A stretch of 64,000 bases of DNA from the NCBI GenBank assembly GCA_964270895.1, contig OZ185435.1, one strand, 5' to 3'. Of this stretch, positions 1-12,076 are shown piece by piece. How positions within the stretch are numbered: position 1 is the stretch's first letter; every line of letters starts with the position of its first letter. The notes beneath the pieces were generated by a model. That model saw nothing but the letters and a program-made list of their open reading frames with translations, was not told the DNA's origin and did not search any database. The position numbers and the translations under genes are program-made. The DNA is from Podarcis filfolensis (lineage: Eukaryota).

Positions 1-2255
1 AAGCAGTGTACAGCTTGGATCCTACATACCAGTGAAAGTCTCTTCCTCCATAAATACCTCCCCATCTCTAATTTCCCAACCTGCTGGGGAGACTCTGTTC
101 ATCTCCCTTCTTACACACATGTGAAATAGAAAGGCACGGATCCAGGTCTTCTCCACTGTACCATTCAGTCTATGGAATACCCTTCTAACAATAGTCTCTT
201 TTGCCCCTACTTTGATGACTGTTCACAGGCAGTGAATATTTAAGAAGGTGCTTTTGATGGGCTAAAATAGCAGCAGCTGTAGATCTGTTCTTGAGCTAAT
301 TTACTTTCAGCAGCTGCATTACATGTCTTTAATATCTTGTTACATTGGTTGGTTTTAACCACGTTTTATTATAGTTTCTGAACTGTGGACACTACTTCAG
401 TTGAAGCATATGCTAGAGATGAGTGAACAATAAAACAATCAAAGCCTCTGGCACAGTGGGAGTTAGGTTAGTTCCAGTACCACTTCTTGCAAGTGCCTCA
501 ACTCTAGAGAAAAAGGGAGGGAAGTCATATTCCCACATATGAGAATGTATTTTCCAAAGGCCTTTGTATTAAAAAGCTGGAGGGCTGCAACTAATTGTCC
601 CATTTCAGTTCATACAATCCATGCATCTGTATCCATGTAATAGGTCATAATAGACAAGTTTTATTTCTGTGGAACCACATGCAATGTCTCTGCTGTGGTT
701 TGGCACTCTCACTTTGAGAAACAATTTCCTACCAAACTGTGAAGTACAGTAAGTTTTCTCTTATCAGCTAAGTGCAGGCCTGGTCAATTTTGAGTTTTCT
801 GAGAGAAAATCAATCTTGCAATAGCAAAAGCTAGTTTTAAAATGTGCCCAGATGTTCCTGCTGTGGATGCACATTTGGATGCACATTTACATCATTATAG
901 TCTGAAATGCCATCTTCTCCTCAGAGACAAAAGTCAGGGGAAACTTGGTCCTACCATTTGCTATAGAAGTTTGCTGAATCACGAGGATTTGGTAATGATA
1001 CTAAACTCCCCACATACACACACACACACTTGCCAAATAATTTTCTCCCCTACTCCCCAAATAAGTTTTTCAACATTTGAAGAACTGATTCTGCTTTATT
1101 TATTTATTTTTAATAGGGACTACTCAAGTTAAATGAGTTATATATAGTACTTTTTTTAAAAAGGGAAGAAAGTTCTTAAAGTCAGGCTCAAGCCAACAGA
1201 GAAAACACGAAAAACAATGCATCTCTTTTTAAGTCCGAACGCTGATGCTCACATGGTTAAGAAAAGGAGAATCTTTTTTAAAAATCTACAAAGAATGAAT
1301 GCAGAAAAAGCCAGCTCCTATACTCAAGGGGGATACTTACCATGAAGTTTCTCAAGCCTAAAATTTATGTTAACTGAATGTGAATTGATGAGACTGTCCA
1401 GTTGTTTACAATGCAACTCAATACATAAAAGATCAAAGAATAGTTCTAAGATTTTTCTTACCAAAACAAAGGAAAAGTAGATCCACAGATGATAGAACTT
1501 GGCAGGTTTGGAACTAGTGCATTCCTGAATGACAATCTGAAGAAGACATGAAGGAGGGAAAGTAAGTTTGGGTTATACTTCACAGTGGCAAAAACGACGA
1601 AGACAAAATGAAAAAGAGATAATAAAACAATCATTATAGTAAGCACACTTTTAATAGCACTTTGCTGAGTTGGGTTAAGGCAACAAAACACAGACTGGAA
1701 CTTGTCAACTCAGAAAGAACATTCTGAGAGACAAGGCCTTGTGAAAGCTATATATTATACAACGTAATATACACATTACATTGTTAGACTGCAGTAATAC
1801 TACACAATGGCCCAGTTTACACATCACCCTAAACCATATTTTAAACTAATGATGTTGTAATGTGAATGAGCAATGTGCTGGTGCACACTGTTCAGAAGAG
1901 TCCACAGCATTCATCCCCGCTCCTGTTGCATTGAAAATGAAACAAGACAGAGAGCTTAGCTTGTTGTGTTGTCCAAACCCGGACTCACAGTTTGCTTCTC
2001 TCCAAGCCAAAGTGGTAACCAAAGTTGTTCTTGGCTTTATTTACCATTCATGGTTTGTTTGAAGAGAAGTAACCATAAGCTCAGGTTCAAATATGACAAA
2101 ACAGACGCCAGCTGATCTCATCTGCAACATGGCAGAAATGGGGAAAGAGCACTGGGGGAAATTTTGTGCAGCACAAACCAACACATGCAGCCGTTGTCTG
2201 TTTTAAAATATGGTTTAATGACACTCAAACTGCACTAGTGTGGTCTGTTCTAAAG

Positions 2256-2475
2256 CAGGTATGTCCAAAGTCCGTTTGGGGGGGGGGCTCATCTAGCCCC
2301 CTGGCTGGTTTAATTCGGCCCCTGTGGCAGATTATTTCTTGGGGTCAAATCCTAAAAATTTTGAACAACTTTGGGGTAAAATCTTAAAAAAAAAAAGCTC
2401 AACAACTTTGGTCAGCCCTCATGCATGTTCACGTCATCAAATCCGGCCCTCTTTGAAAAAAGTTTGGGTACCCCA
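2256..2475. mobile_element. hAT (Charlie-like) MITE, degenerate
   Basis: Ends are CAGGTATGTCCAAAGT and AGTTTGGGTACCCCA. Flanks TTCTAAAG and ATCTGAAG match at 6/8 positions (8-bp TSD-like). Confidence 0.65.
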
Positions 2476-2811
2476 ATCTGAAGGACTGCAGCAGTAGAAA
2501 ACCCTAAACAAGGCACTCCACAATACTGTCACCTCTGCAAAAGGGGCCTCTCATAAATACTCAATCAAGAGCACAATAGTGCTATTTGACAATTTCACAT
2601 TAAATAAAACTTTCCATGACCTTTTTTGTAATGATTTTTTGCTCACCCTTTTGAATCTATCTGTACACCTGCCTATGTTTCAAAGTTAAGATTATAATAC
2701 TGTAGATATGTCTTTGTTTAATTTCTTTTTTTAACAACCCAGTCTTTTTGGCCATTCAGCCTTACTGGAGCTTCATCAAGCAACATTCCAATCCTCTGTA
2801 AGGTTACTCCA

Positions 2812-2857
2812 ACAGAAGTAAGGTAAATCCTACAGAAGTAAGGTAAATCCTACAGAA
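2812..2857. repeat. 20-bp tandem duplication (2.3 copies)
   Basis: ACAGAAGTAAGGTAAATCCT x2 plus ACAGAA. Confidence 0.95.
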
Positions 2858-3540
2858 TTCAGCGGCACTTCCTTCAAGATTTCATCCTTAAAGGAAGCTC
2901 AACATAAGTTTTCTCACCCAGCTTCCCTTAGAAGGCCAGCTATATAACCACCCTTCAAAAATTTCAATCCTCTAACTTTTACAATTGTGCATATACAGAT
3001 AAATATTTTTTTAAACTGTATTAAAATGTAATTATATTTCAGTTTCATTTGCTTTATAAGGGGACTAGCAACACCAGTTAAAGCAATCAATCTGTTTTAA
3101 TCTATTTTTAATGCGGTATGCTACCTTGGGACCATCTGATGAAAAGGTAGATATTAAATATAATAATAATAATATAATAATAAATTATCAGTTTTAGACC
3201 TAAAATATTTGCTCTGCTGGTTCTTCCTGTGCCTATTGCTTGGTTTTATCATACAAAACCATTTGTGTATTTTAGGGTATATCACCTAATAATTTTAGCG
3301 ACAACAGCAAGTTTATTTTTTAAAAAAATACTTGGATTAAGTAGTTATCCATTCATTCAGATCTGCAAGTACAACACAAATGGGAGTAACAGTAAACATG
3401 TTGGATGAAAAGCAAAACAACTCCAGATAGTTTCAAAATGAAGAGCTGAGGAGTTAACAATGAAGTAAAATTCAACAAGGTCAAATGTAAAATGTATATA
3501 CGAGACCCATCCAATACACAATTATAAAAGCAGATGTGCC

Positions 3541-3602
3541 AATACTCAATAACACTTCTGAGAAAAATGTAAATACTCAATAACACTTCTGAGAAAAATG
3601 TA
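3541..3602. repeat. Perfect 31-bp tandem duplication
   Basis: AATACTCAATAACACTTCTGAGAAAAATGTA x2. Confidence 0.95.
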
Positions 3603-3629
3603 AACAAATGAAATGAGCAATGAAGGCAA

Positions 3630-4070
3630 TGATGCAGCTCCAAAGCTTAATGCCATCCTGAGATCTGTATCTGCATTAGATTTGTATTAAATACTGTAGT
3701 TCTTTCTGTACTACCCAATGCTGAGCAGAGAAGTTTCATTCAGTGTGTTATGTTTACCCAGATACCTCATTTAAAAAAAGATGATGATAGGCAGAAGAAG
3801 ATTCAGAGAAAAACTACAAAAGTGATAAACAGTCTAGAAAGCAAGTCATATTAAGACAAACTAAAGAACTGAGATAGGAATAACATGCTGCCAGTATTCA
3901 AATATTAACAAGCTTCCAGAAAATAGTAAATGAAAAAATATTTTCTGTATCTAAGAAGCAGTTAATATAAACTGCAAGAAAACATATTTAGGTGACATGT
4001 TAGGAAATTTGTTTAAGTGTTTAAAAATCTGAATCAAATGTGAAAGGCACTTGTGGAATTTACTTTCAGA
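3630..4070 (+). mobile_element. Old CR1 LINE ORF2 3' fragment
   Basis: Degenerate CR1-like text (GATTCAGAGAAAAACTACAAAAGTGATAAACAGTCTAG...AACTAAAGAACTG). Boundaries approximate. Confidence 0.5.
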
Positions 4071-4859
4071 TTTACAGAAAAACTCAGGAGGACAGGTGAG
4101 CATGAACTACTGAGATTTCAAATACTACAGGTTTATGCAGACAGGCAAAACCGCTAAGATTTATGAAAACATATGCTCTGTTGTCACTTTCCTCAGAAAG
4201 ACTTTTTTGGATCACCTCATGGCTTATAGAAGTTGCAACATCCAGTTTTGCACAGTATAACCAAAGTGGCATTTTAATTTTAGCCATGTTTCAGACAGAA
4301 AGCATCAAACTAACTTATCTAAAATTAAGTGTACTTCCCTGCAAACTTGCAATGTGTTTTGTTGGGGGGAGGGCAAAGTAACAATTTTCGAATAAAACTT
4401 GGAATTGGGGGGTGGGGGGGAGCTAAGTAGGGCTTCAGTATTTTATTTAGCACTCTCTTCTCCAAGCTACCTGTCTTCTATCTCCATAACCCATTTATTC
4501 TTAGTTGCCCTACTCTCTCCTCGCAATACACACTGAAGTCCAAATCCTTAAAGCATACCAAACACACACAGCTTAGAAAACTAATAAGCAATTTCATGGT
4601 ACAGAACACACACACACACATATACCAGTCCACAATTCTGTAAAATCCTGATGACCGGAAAAAACAATTGTATCCCAATTATGGTGTTAAATATATGGCT
4701 GGATGGAGTTATAAAAACATTGGGGAAAACAGGCTTGAGTTCTCCGAACCGAATACCTTCTTCTACATACAAAGCCTCACAACCCTCTTCACATTTAATT
4801 ATTCTTAATTAATTAATTAAGACCCGTGTACAGAGAGACCCCAGCGAGCTAACAGCCAA

Positions 4860-5960
4860 CTCTCCCTGCAATCTCGTGCTCCTTTCCTCAGAGCCAAGCC
4901 ATCGTGGTCCCCGTGCCCACCAGGCCTTACTCTCAAGGAAGTGCGGGCAGGCTCGGAGCCACATTCGCACAGGAAAACAGACATCCCGCTGCGAAAATTC
5001 CTCCTCGCATCCCTGAAAAGGGGAAATACCCGTGCGGCCGAGTGTTTACGTGGGCGGAGGGGAACCGAATGTATTTTAAATTAAGGAAGCGCTGCCTCCC
5101 TGTACTCAGACCGACGGCTCCGGAAACAACACAGGGCGGGCCTTCAGAGCCTCGCTCTGCGGGTCCCGGGAAGGAAGGCCAAGGCCGCCAGGAGTCTGGC
5201 TAGCTGATTCTCCGAGCGGGGAGGACGCGGGGGCCACACAGCCAGGCAGCCTCCTCGCGAGAAAGACGCGGCCGCGGGAGGCTCCGCGGTGGGCGGGGTG
5301 GAGCGGAGGGCCTCGACGCCAGGCGACCCTTCCTGAAACGCGTCCCGCCCTTCGCCTCAGGCTCCCCAACTCCCCGGCCGGCCCCACCCGCCGTGTTTCT
5401 CTCCCCGCCGGCTTGAGGGAGCGCGGCAACCCCCCTAGAGAGGAACCAGGCCCGGAGCCTCTAGGCCCAGAGCCTACCTGAGGCGGGGGGGGGGGCGGGC
5501 TGGCCAAGGCCTGGCGCCCTCGAATCCCGGAGAGGACCGGAGCGGTGGCGTGAGGCACGCTCCGGGCTGGTCGGGGCCTGGTCCAGGGAGGGACAACCCA
5601 AATCCGACGGCGGCCTCTCCCCCTGCAGTTTCTGCCGCCGCTGCTGCTGCTCCGAGTTACTACCAAGGCCAGGGCGCCTAGCCGAGCACCTAAGCAGCCG
5701 AGTGCGGAGATGCCGAGTGCCGAGCCAATCGAACGGCAGGCGCAAAAAGCGGAGCAGAGCTGACGAATGGAACGCAGAGAGCGGGATCGGCGCTGTCCTG
5801 GCGACCGGGAGGGCGGGGAAAGAGGGCAGGGGGAGGAGCCCACGGAGAGGCCTGCGTCAGGAGGCGCCTCCTTCCGGGGCTCTGAGATCGTCTGCTGCGA
5901 AACGAGCCCTTAGCCGAGGGATACGTGGAGAAGAGATGTTCACCTTCACATCGCCCTCGT
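4860..5960. promoter_or_regulatory. CpG island; probable AMBRA1 promoter and first-intron start
   Basis: Sharp GC/CpG-rich block in an AT-rich background. Contains GCCAATC at ~5725-5731, GC box GGGCGGGG at 5811-5818 and TGCGTCA at 5853-5859. It lies downstream of HARBI1 on the minus strand, where AMBRA1 sits in the conserved vertebrate gene order. Confidence 0.8.
5478..5720 (-). other. AMBRA1: Probable non-coding first exon of AMBRA1 (5' end approximate)
   Basis: Minus-strand donor CAG|GTAGGC at 5478/5477 inside the CpG island, downstream of the CCAAT and GC boxes. No AMBRA1 coding sequence is visible in the window, so the assignment is by synteny only. Confidence 0.55.
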
Positions 5961-7410
5961 CCCCTTGGTAATCATCTGCCAGGGACCTCCATAAAGTACA
6001 ACACATGTTCTTTAAAAATGGCTACACCACCCCCCGCAAAATCAAAGCCATAAATAGCCTCCAATACATTTTTATTGTAAGACTTAAAAAAAAAATCAGT
6101 ATAACTTTATCTGGCAAACCATGACTGCGCACTGGATATTCCCCCCCCCCCAAAAAAAAATCACATTTCCCAAATTTCCCCATACACTATCAATTCCACT
6201 TTTTATAATGAACGCACACTTTCGTGCAGAAAAAAAGGTTCACATCCACACCATACATTGAAAGCTTTCCCCATAGTTTGTGCTAGGATTTCGGGGAAAC
6301 CATGCACTTTATATGTATGGCTGTTGGCTTAGGATAAGCCCCACTGAACTCACCAGGACTTGTTATGAAGTAAATATGCACAGGGTTGCTGTTAAAACTG
6401 GTGGCACTGATGACTCACCTACATTAGTAAAAAAACACCAGTGTTTTGAATGTTATAAACATGCAACACCAGATGGTGCTGTAGAACAAACTTTTTCTAT
6501 GAGATTTTACATAGTGTTTTTTTCGTTTTTTATAACGATTTAATTTGTGACTTACTTATCGTGTTTTTTCCTGTGTGTAGATCCACGCTGAAACAGAGAC
6601 TTAAGAGGCCTCCTACTGCTACCACATTGTGATTTACTTCTGAGTAAGCCTACATAAGGTTGTGCTGCATGACTTTCTAGATGTGTCTGAGGATATTAGT
6701 TCTGCTAATAAACTAAAAAAAGGCACAAGAAGCAAATGCTTGTATTCAACAACTCACAAAGCAAAATGTACTACTCCCTGTGCAACAGCTGCAATCATAA
6801 CCCCTTTTAACTGGGAGTAAACCCCATTGAATTCAATAGGATTTTCTCTGAGTAGACAAAGTTAGGATTGCATTAAGACTAGGCTCTCTTTAGGCTTGCT
6901 TTTCCCATCTTTTCCCATCTAGTCCTCTTAGCTCTCAGAGTCACTGACAGCTCTGCCATGATATCATCAGGAGCTATGCATCATAATTACAACACAAATA
7001 TAATTAAGGACAGGTACTTAATGAAGGTCCTGCATCACCTGCTTGTGCAACAATATGTTGTACATGTAGGTGTCTGAGTTTCATAAGGCCCTCTCGTTTC
7101 TAATCAGTTTTGCAGCACCAGATTTAGGGTGGTGTGGGTGATTCACCCTGCACAGGGCACTAAGCTGAGGGGGAGAAAAATTGAGAAGATCCATAACTGA
7201 GAAGATCCATTTTGAATGGCACCAAATTTTGTCCGCACCCAAGGCACCACGTTACAACAGATTACCAAAGTCTGTCCCTGAGTTTTGCCTCAATCTGGTT
7301 TCTGAGTTTAGCATATATTAGCATTGTTGCCTAAATGCTAGCCTGACAAACATTCACTCAGAGTTACAGCAGCACATCCTAGCATTGCAGCATGTTCTCA
7401 AATACCATAG

Positions 7411-7757
7411 GTAAAAGGTAAAGGGACCCCTGACCATTAGGTCCAGTCGTGGCCGACTCTGGGGTTGAGGCACTCATCTCGCTTTATTGACCAAGGGAGC
7501 CGGCATGGTCATGTGGCCAGCATGACTAAGCCGCTTCTGGCGAACCAGAGCAGCGCACGGAAACACCGTTTACCTTCCCGTTGGAGCGGTACCTATTTAT
7601 CTACTTGTACTCTGACTTGCTTTCAAACTGCTAGGTTGGCAGGAGCAGGGACCGAGCAACGGGAGCTCACCCAGTCACAGGGATTCGAACCACAAATCTT
7701 CTGATTGGCAAGTCCTAGGCTCTGTGGTTTAACCCACAGCGCCACCCGTATCCTGGA
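7411..7757 (-). mobile_element. Sauria SINE, near full length, with a perfect 15-bp TSD
   Basis: Reverse-oriented ACCTTT-type tail (AAAGGTAAAGGGACCCCTG), tRNA-derived head with B box (GGATTCGAACC). TCTCAAATACCATAG is duplicated at 7396-7410 and 7758-7772. Confidence 0.9.
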
Positions 7758-8289
7758 TCTCAAATACCATAGCAAACATTTAAATTACAGAAGTACTTTA
7801 CATATCTTGTAAAATAAATTTTGGAATATGGAGTCAATTTTTCTACAAATGAGTTCAAAAAGCTTTTCCTCACCATGGTTACTAGCTTTCTATATATTTG
7901 GCACACAGTTAGATCTAGCTGCAACATTACCAAGACTGGAAACCAACTATCATAGGTACATCTTCCTGGCAGTTAAGTCCCAGTGAACTGTACTTCTGAG
8001 TAGACATGCATTGACTTCCACTGTTATAAATGTAATCTAGAGCAGGGCAAATACTGTAAGCAGGTAAGAATTTATTCCCATCATAGGCACTGGCTTTAAG
8101 GAGCCAAGGCTCTTTGCACCACCTCAGGTTTTTTTTGAGGGGGCAGGTTCCCCATTATTGAGATTGGGTACAGAGCTGGGCATGGAGTGACATCAGGACT
8201 TCTTTTCCAGGCCAGGGCCTCACCTGGGGTAGAAGTAGTTAAGAATGGGAAAAGGGTGCTGGAACCAAATCCTTAACCCATCACTGGAA

Positions 8290-9334
8290 ACCATAAACAC
8301 CAACAACTGGGAAACACTGGCCTGCGAGCACTCCAACTGGAGAACAGCCTTTACCAAAGGTGTCACGGGCTTTGAAGACACTCGAACTCAGGACGAAAGG
8401 GAGAAACATGCTAAGAGGAAGGCACACTTGGCAAACCCTCACAGTGATCAACTCCCTCCTGGAAACTTATGTCCCCGCTGTGGAAGGACATGTGGATCCA
8501 GAATTGGCCTCCACAGTCACTTACGGACTCACTGTTAAAACCGTGTTTATGAGTTAATGACACCTTGTGTGAATTGATTTGGGAGGCCTATGATACCCTG
8601 TGTGCGGAGTCTTTGACTGTGATAGAGAAAAAACAGAAAGGGAGAGCAAAAAGCATAAAAGGTTATTATATGTGATGGCAATGTAAAATCATTAAAAAAG
8701 CCTGGGATAAGACATATAAAGATTTGAAAACAAATTGGGAAATGATTGTTGTTAAAAAAACTGAAGTTATGACATAGAGATGTACAGAACTTATTGGACT
8801 TATTGAACAAAATACATTGTTCCTGTATGCAAGATTGGACGCCAGGCCCTACAGAAGGAATAAGCCTCCGTTAAAGAAGACAAAGAAGACTGGTAAACTA
8901 AACTATTGAACTATACAGGATAAACTAGTTAACATAGAACCCAAGACAGAAAGAGGACTTTGAATAATAAAAAAGGGGTAAAGGTTTAATGCTCATCTTT
9001 TAAGCTTTGTGTACAGACTTTCACGTTAGTATAACTTTTAAAACTCACTTGTATTAAGATGAACAAAGTTTAAAAGTTGAATTATTAAGATTATAAGGAC
9101 GTGCACGAACAAGTATTAAACAATGAAACCAAGAGGGGGAGGGGAGGGAAGTCAAGCAAAAATAATGGTTTAAAATTTTTGATTATGATGGTTTTTTTCT
9201 CCATTATATATTGTTGTTTTTATGTTTATTTTTTATGTTCTTTTTGGAAAATTAATAAATTGTTACAAAAAAACAAAAAACATGTTTATGGAAGACAATC
9301 TTACTCGGTTATGAGTGATCGCCAAAGAAGAAGA
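8290..9334 (+). mobile_element. RTE-clade LINE 3' end, split by an L1 insertion (RTE parts ~8290-8551 and 9283-9334)
   Basis: ORF remnant NWETLACEHSNWR...CPRCGRTCGSRIGLHSHLRTHC* (C2H2-type RTE C-terminus). The 3' UTR resumes at TGTTTATGGAAGACAATC and ends in an (AAG)n tail. Confidence 0.8.
8552..9282 (+). mobile_element. 5'-truncated L1-clade LINE nested in the RTE element
   Basis: Degenerate zinc-knuckle frame KGYYM*WQCKIIKKAWDK, a GAGGGAAGTCAAG motif shared with the L1 at 61253, AATAAA plus an A-rich tail, and TSD TGTTTATG at 8544-8551 and 9283-9290. Confidence 0.75.
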
Positions 9335-9993
9335 CTCCCTAATCTGACACCAACATAGACTCCATGGGGTGCAAGTCTCTGTGAAGAATGTAGGGGTCTC
9401 TACAATAAACCTTTCTTACACCCACAGTGAGAGGTTAATCTCTAGTTTAATGATTACTAAGACTTTACAAAGATTTGTGTTGGTACATTGGGCAGATGTA
9501 AGGATATTTGATCATAAGGAATATTTTTGTAGATTTGTTGAGGCTATTTTTGCTCTGACCTCTCATTCTTGATGACTCAGGAATTACATGTCCGTTTCAG
9601 TGTTGGCCATTTTCCCATTTTGTAACTGGGACAACAAAATGGACCACAACCCATTCCTTCCCTCCTGCCTCAATCTATATAATAACAACATCCCTTTCCG
9701 TTACACAAATCCAGTTGCTGTTGGATGAAAAAAGGCAGACAAGAGTGATAAGTTACCAAGCAGAAAAAGAGGAATGCTTCTATTTTTAACCATGTGTAAG
9801 CCACTTTTACAGTTTAGTTAGTTGGCATTCGTCTGTCTCAAGAGACAATGGAAAAGTGCACCATCAAGGGTAAAATTAAACTGTTGGGTGAATTACAGCA
9901 CCTGCTGTGTCTGTACAGACCAATATGGGTGAACTTCAGTTAATAACTGAAACAAAAGTGTTCCGAATCTGTTACACCATACACAAGATACAT

Positions 9994-9999
9994 TTTATT
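9994..9999 (-). terminator. HARBI1 polyadenylation signal (AATAAA); a second AATAAA lies at 10229-10234
   Basis: Plus-strand TTTATT. On the minus strand it is followed by GU-rich TGTATCTTGTGTATGGTGT. Confidence 0.6.
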
Positions 10000-10322
10000 A
10001 TTTTTAAATACTTAAAAATACAATATTAAACTGAATATGCATTCCTCCCATATCATATTGTCCTTGATAAATGGTCCTCCAATAAGGCTGGACACTAAAA
10101 AGTAGCAGGTACTGAAATACTGAATGCTGACGGAATCAGATACAATGTGCCCAATGAAACCAAAATAGTATATTAAATGCAAAATATTATACAAACACAA
10201 AATTTCAATTTCAATAGTTGCATCCCCATTTATTTCTCTTGCTGAATGTAAGAGGAAAATCAGGATCTATCATAATTGTTTGCATGTCTTTTAATATGTC
10301 CAACTTAGTATGTCTTGTAATG

Positions 10323-12076
10323 TTAGCTAAAATGAGTGAGTAATAATTCCTGACGAACTCGATCAGCTTCAGAGTCAAGTGATTCCATATGTTCATATTC
10401 TTCCTCTGGCTGTTCCATCTGTCCCATCGTTTGGGAAGACCACACATCCAGTCCATGCTCTAGAGAAATGTTATGAAGCACGCAGCAAGCCAGAATGATG
10501 TGGCTGGCCTTCTCAGGAGAATACTGCAACGTGCCCTTTGACCCATCCAGACAACGGAAGTGGGACCGAATTGTCCTGAATGTACGTTCAATGACATTGT
10601 GAGTGGCTGAATGTGCCATGTTATACCGGCACTCTGCAGGCGTTTCAGGAATATGCAGAGGGGTCATTAACCAAGTGCGAAGAAAGAATGAACTATCACC
10701 TGTCAAAAGAAAAAGAAAGATCACAAACCAAACAGGGACAGGAGAGTGCAAATAATTCCATCACCTGATAATAAAACCAGGCATCTATATGAAGCCAGTT
10801 ATGTGTATGAAGCCAGGAGGGCAACCAAGATGATCAAGGGTCTGGAAGCAAAGCCTTATGAGGAGCGCTTGAAGGAGCTGGGTATGTTTAGCCTGGAAGA
10901 GGAGACTGAGAGGAGATATGATAGCCATCTTCAAATATCATAAGGCCTGTCACATGGAGAAGGGAGCATGCTTGTTTTCTCCTGCTCTGGAGGGTAGGAC
11001 TCAAACCGATGGATTCAAGTTGCAAGAAAGGAGATTCAGACTAAACATTCGGTAAAACTTTCAGACAGTCAGAGCTGTTGACCACGAGAAGTGGTGGACT
11101 CTCCCTCCTTGAAGGTTTTTAATCAAAGGTTGGATGGCCATCTGTCACTGATGCTTTTGCAGAGGTTCCTGCATTGCAAGGGGTTGGGCTAGATGACCCT
11201 TGGGGTCCCTTCCAACTCTAAGATTCTATGTTTTATGCTACCCTATTATTCTGTTTCATGCTACCTTTGTTTGATTTATCTTTATAGAGGGAGAACTGTA
11301 AAATCTGCAGTTTTGACACATAAATGTTATGTGGCATGTCACTGAACCAAACAGAAATTCCACCAAAATAGACTTTCAAAGATGCCAGTCATGAGAAAGA
11401 ACTTACCAAGTAGCCAGCCATCTTTGTGCATGCCAGCTTCAAACTGGTTCCTGAGGGCTGACTGCTGCAGCACAGCACAGTCCTGCAAGCTGCCTGGCCA
11501 GTGTGTTTCCGCACTCAGTAGCATTCCCCTGGCGTCACAAACCATCAGGCAGTTTAAAGAATGAAGGCCCTTTCTATTCACATATGACAAGTCCTCAGCA
11601 CTGGGTGCCTTTATTGCGACATGGTTGCAATCAACTAGTCCTAGTACCCCTGGCATACCTGCCAGCCCATAAAAGTCATCTTTCAGATGCTGCACCGACA
11701 CTTCATCATCTGGGAAATGAATGAACTGAGATGCCCTCTCCACCAGGGCCTCGGTAACATTGGCAACACAACGGCTCATAGAGGCCTGGCTGATGCCAAT
11801 GGCATCTCCCATGTGAGTCTGGAAAGAACCAGAAGTGTAAAAACCTAATGCAGCAAGAATTTGCGTCTCTGGGCTAATGGCCCTTGATCGTTGTGTAGGA
11901 CGAGAAAGGCTGGCACCCAGAAGATCCACCAGATAGTAAATGAAGTGACGTGGGAAGCCATACATAGACACCAGATATTCATCAGTCACATCCTCCAGTT
12001 TGAAACGATCAAGTGTTCGATGCCCACGACCATATAGCAAGAGATCACAATCAAGAATGGCTATGGGAACAGCCAT
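10323..12076 (-). CDS. HARBI1: Harbinger transposase-derived nuclease HARBI1; coding exons 12076-11407 (670 nt) and 10699-10323 (377 nt); 348 aa
   Basis: [28 protein letters not shown]...HKDGWLLG is joined through a phase-1 intron (G|GTAAGT at 11407/11406; TTTTGACAG|GT at 10700/10699) to [23 protein letters not shown]...QELLLTHFS*. Total 1047 nt = 349 codons including stop. Closely matches vertebrate HARBI1 as recalled. Acidic motifs VDCNH, LGDSS and IERTF are intact. Confidence 0.97.
10815..11230 (+). mobile_element. CR1 LINE 3' fragment in the HARBI1 coding intron (antisense to the gene)
   Basis: ORF remnant [27 protein letters not shown]..., CR1 3' UTR ending CCTTCCAACTCTAAGATTCTATG. Confidence 0.9.

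Noticed and set aside
1331-1345. ATACTTACC resembling the U1 snRNA 5' end
   Set aside because: Only 9 nt match and the rest of U1 is absent. It is the reverse complement of a donor consensus.
4803-4822. 20-bp palindrome TCTTAATTAATTAATTAAGA at the CpG island edge
   Set aside because: It is a (TTAA)4 simple repeat, self-complementary by construction, with no piggyBac ends nearby.
5106-5843. 245-aa minus-strand ORF and other ORFs in the first CpG island
   Set aside because: Low-complexity Arg/Gly/Pro/Ser content typical of stop-poor GC-rich DNA. No domain is recognisable, and a splice donor interrupts it at 5478.
8245-8538. 97-aa ORF with a C2H2 zinc finger
   Set aside because: It is the C-terminus of an RTE LINE ORF, not a host zinc-finger gene.
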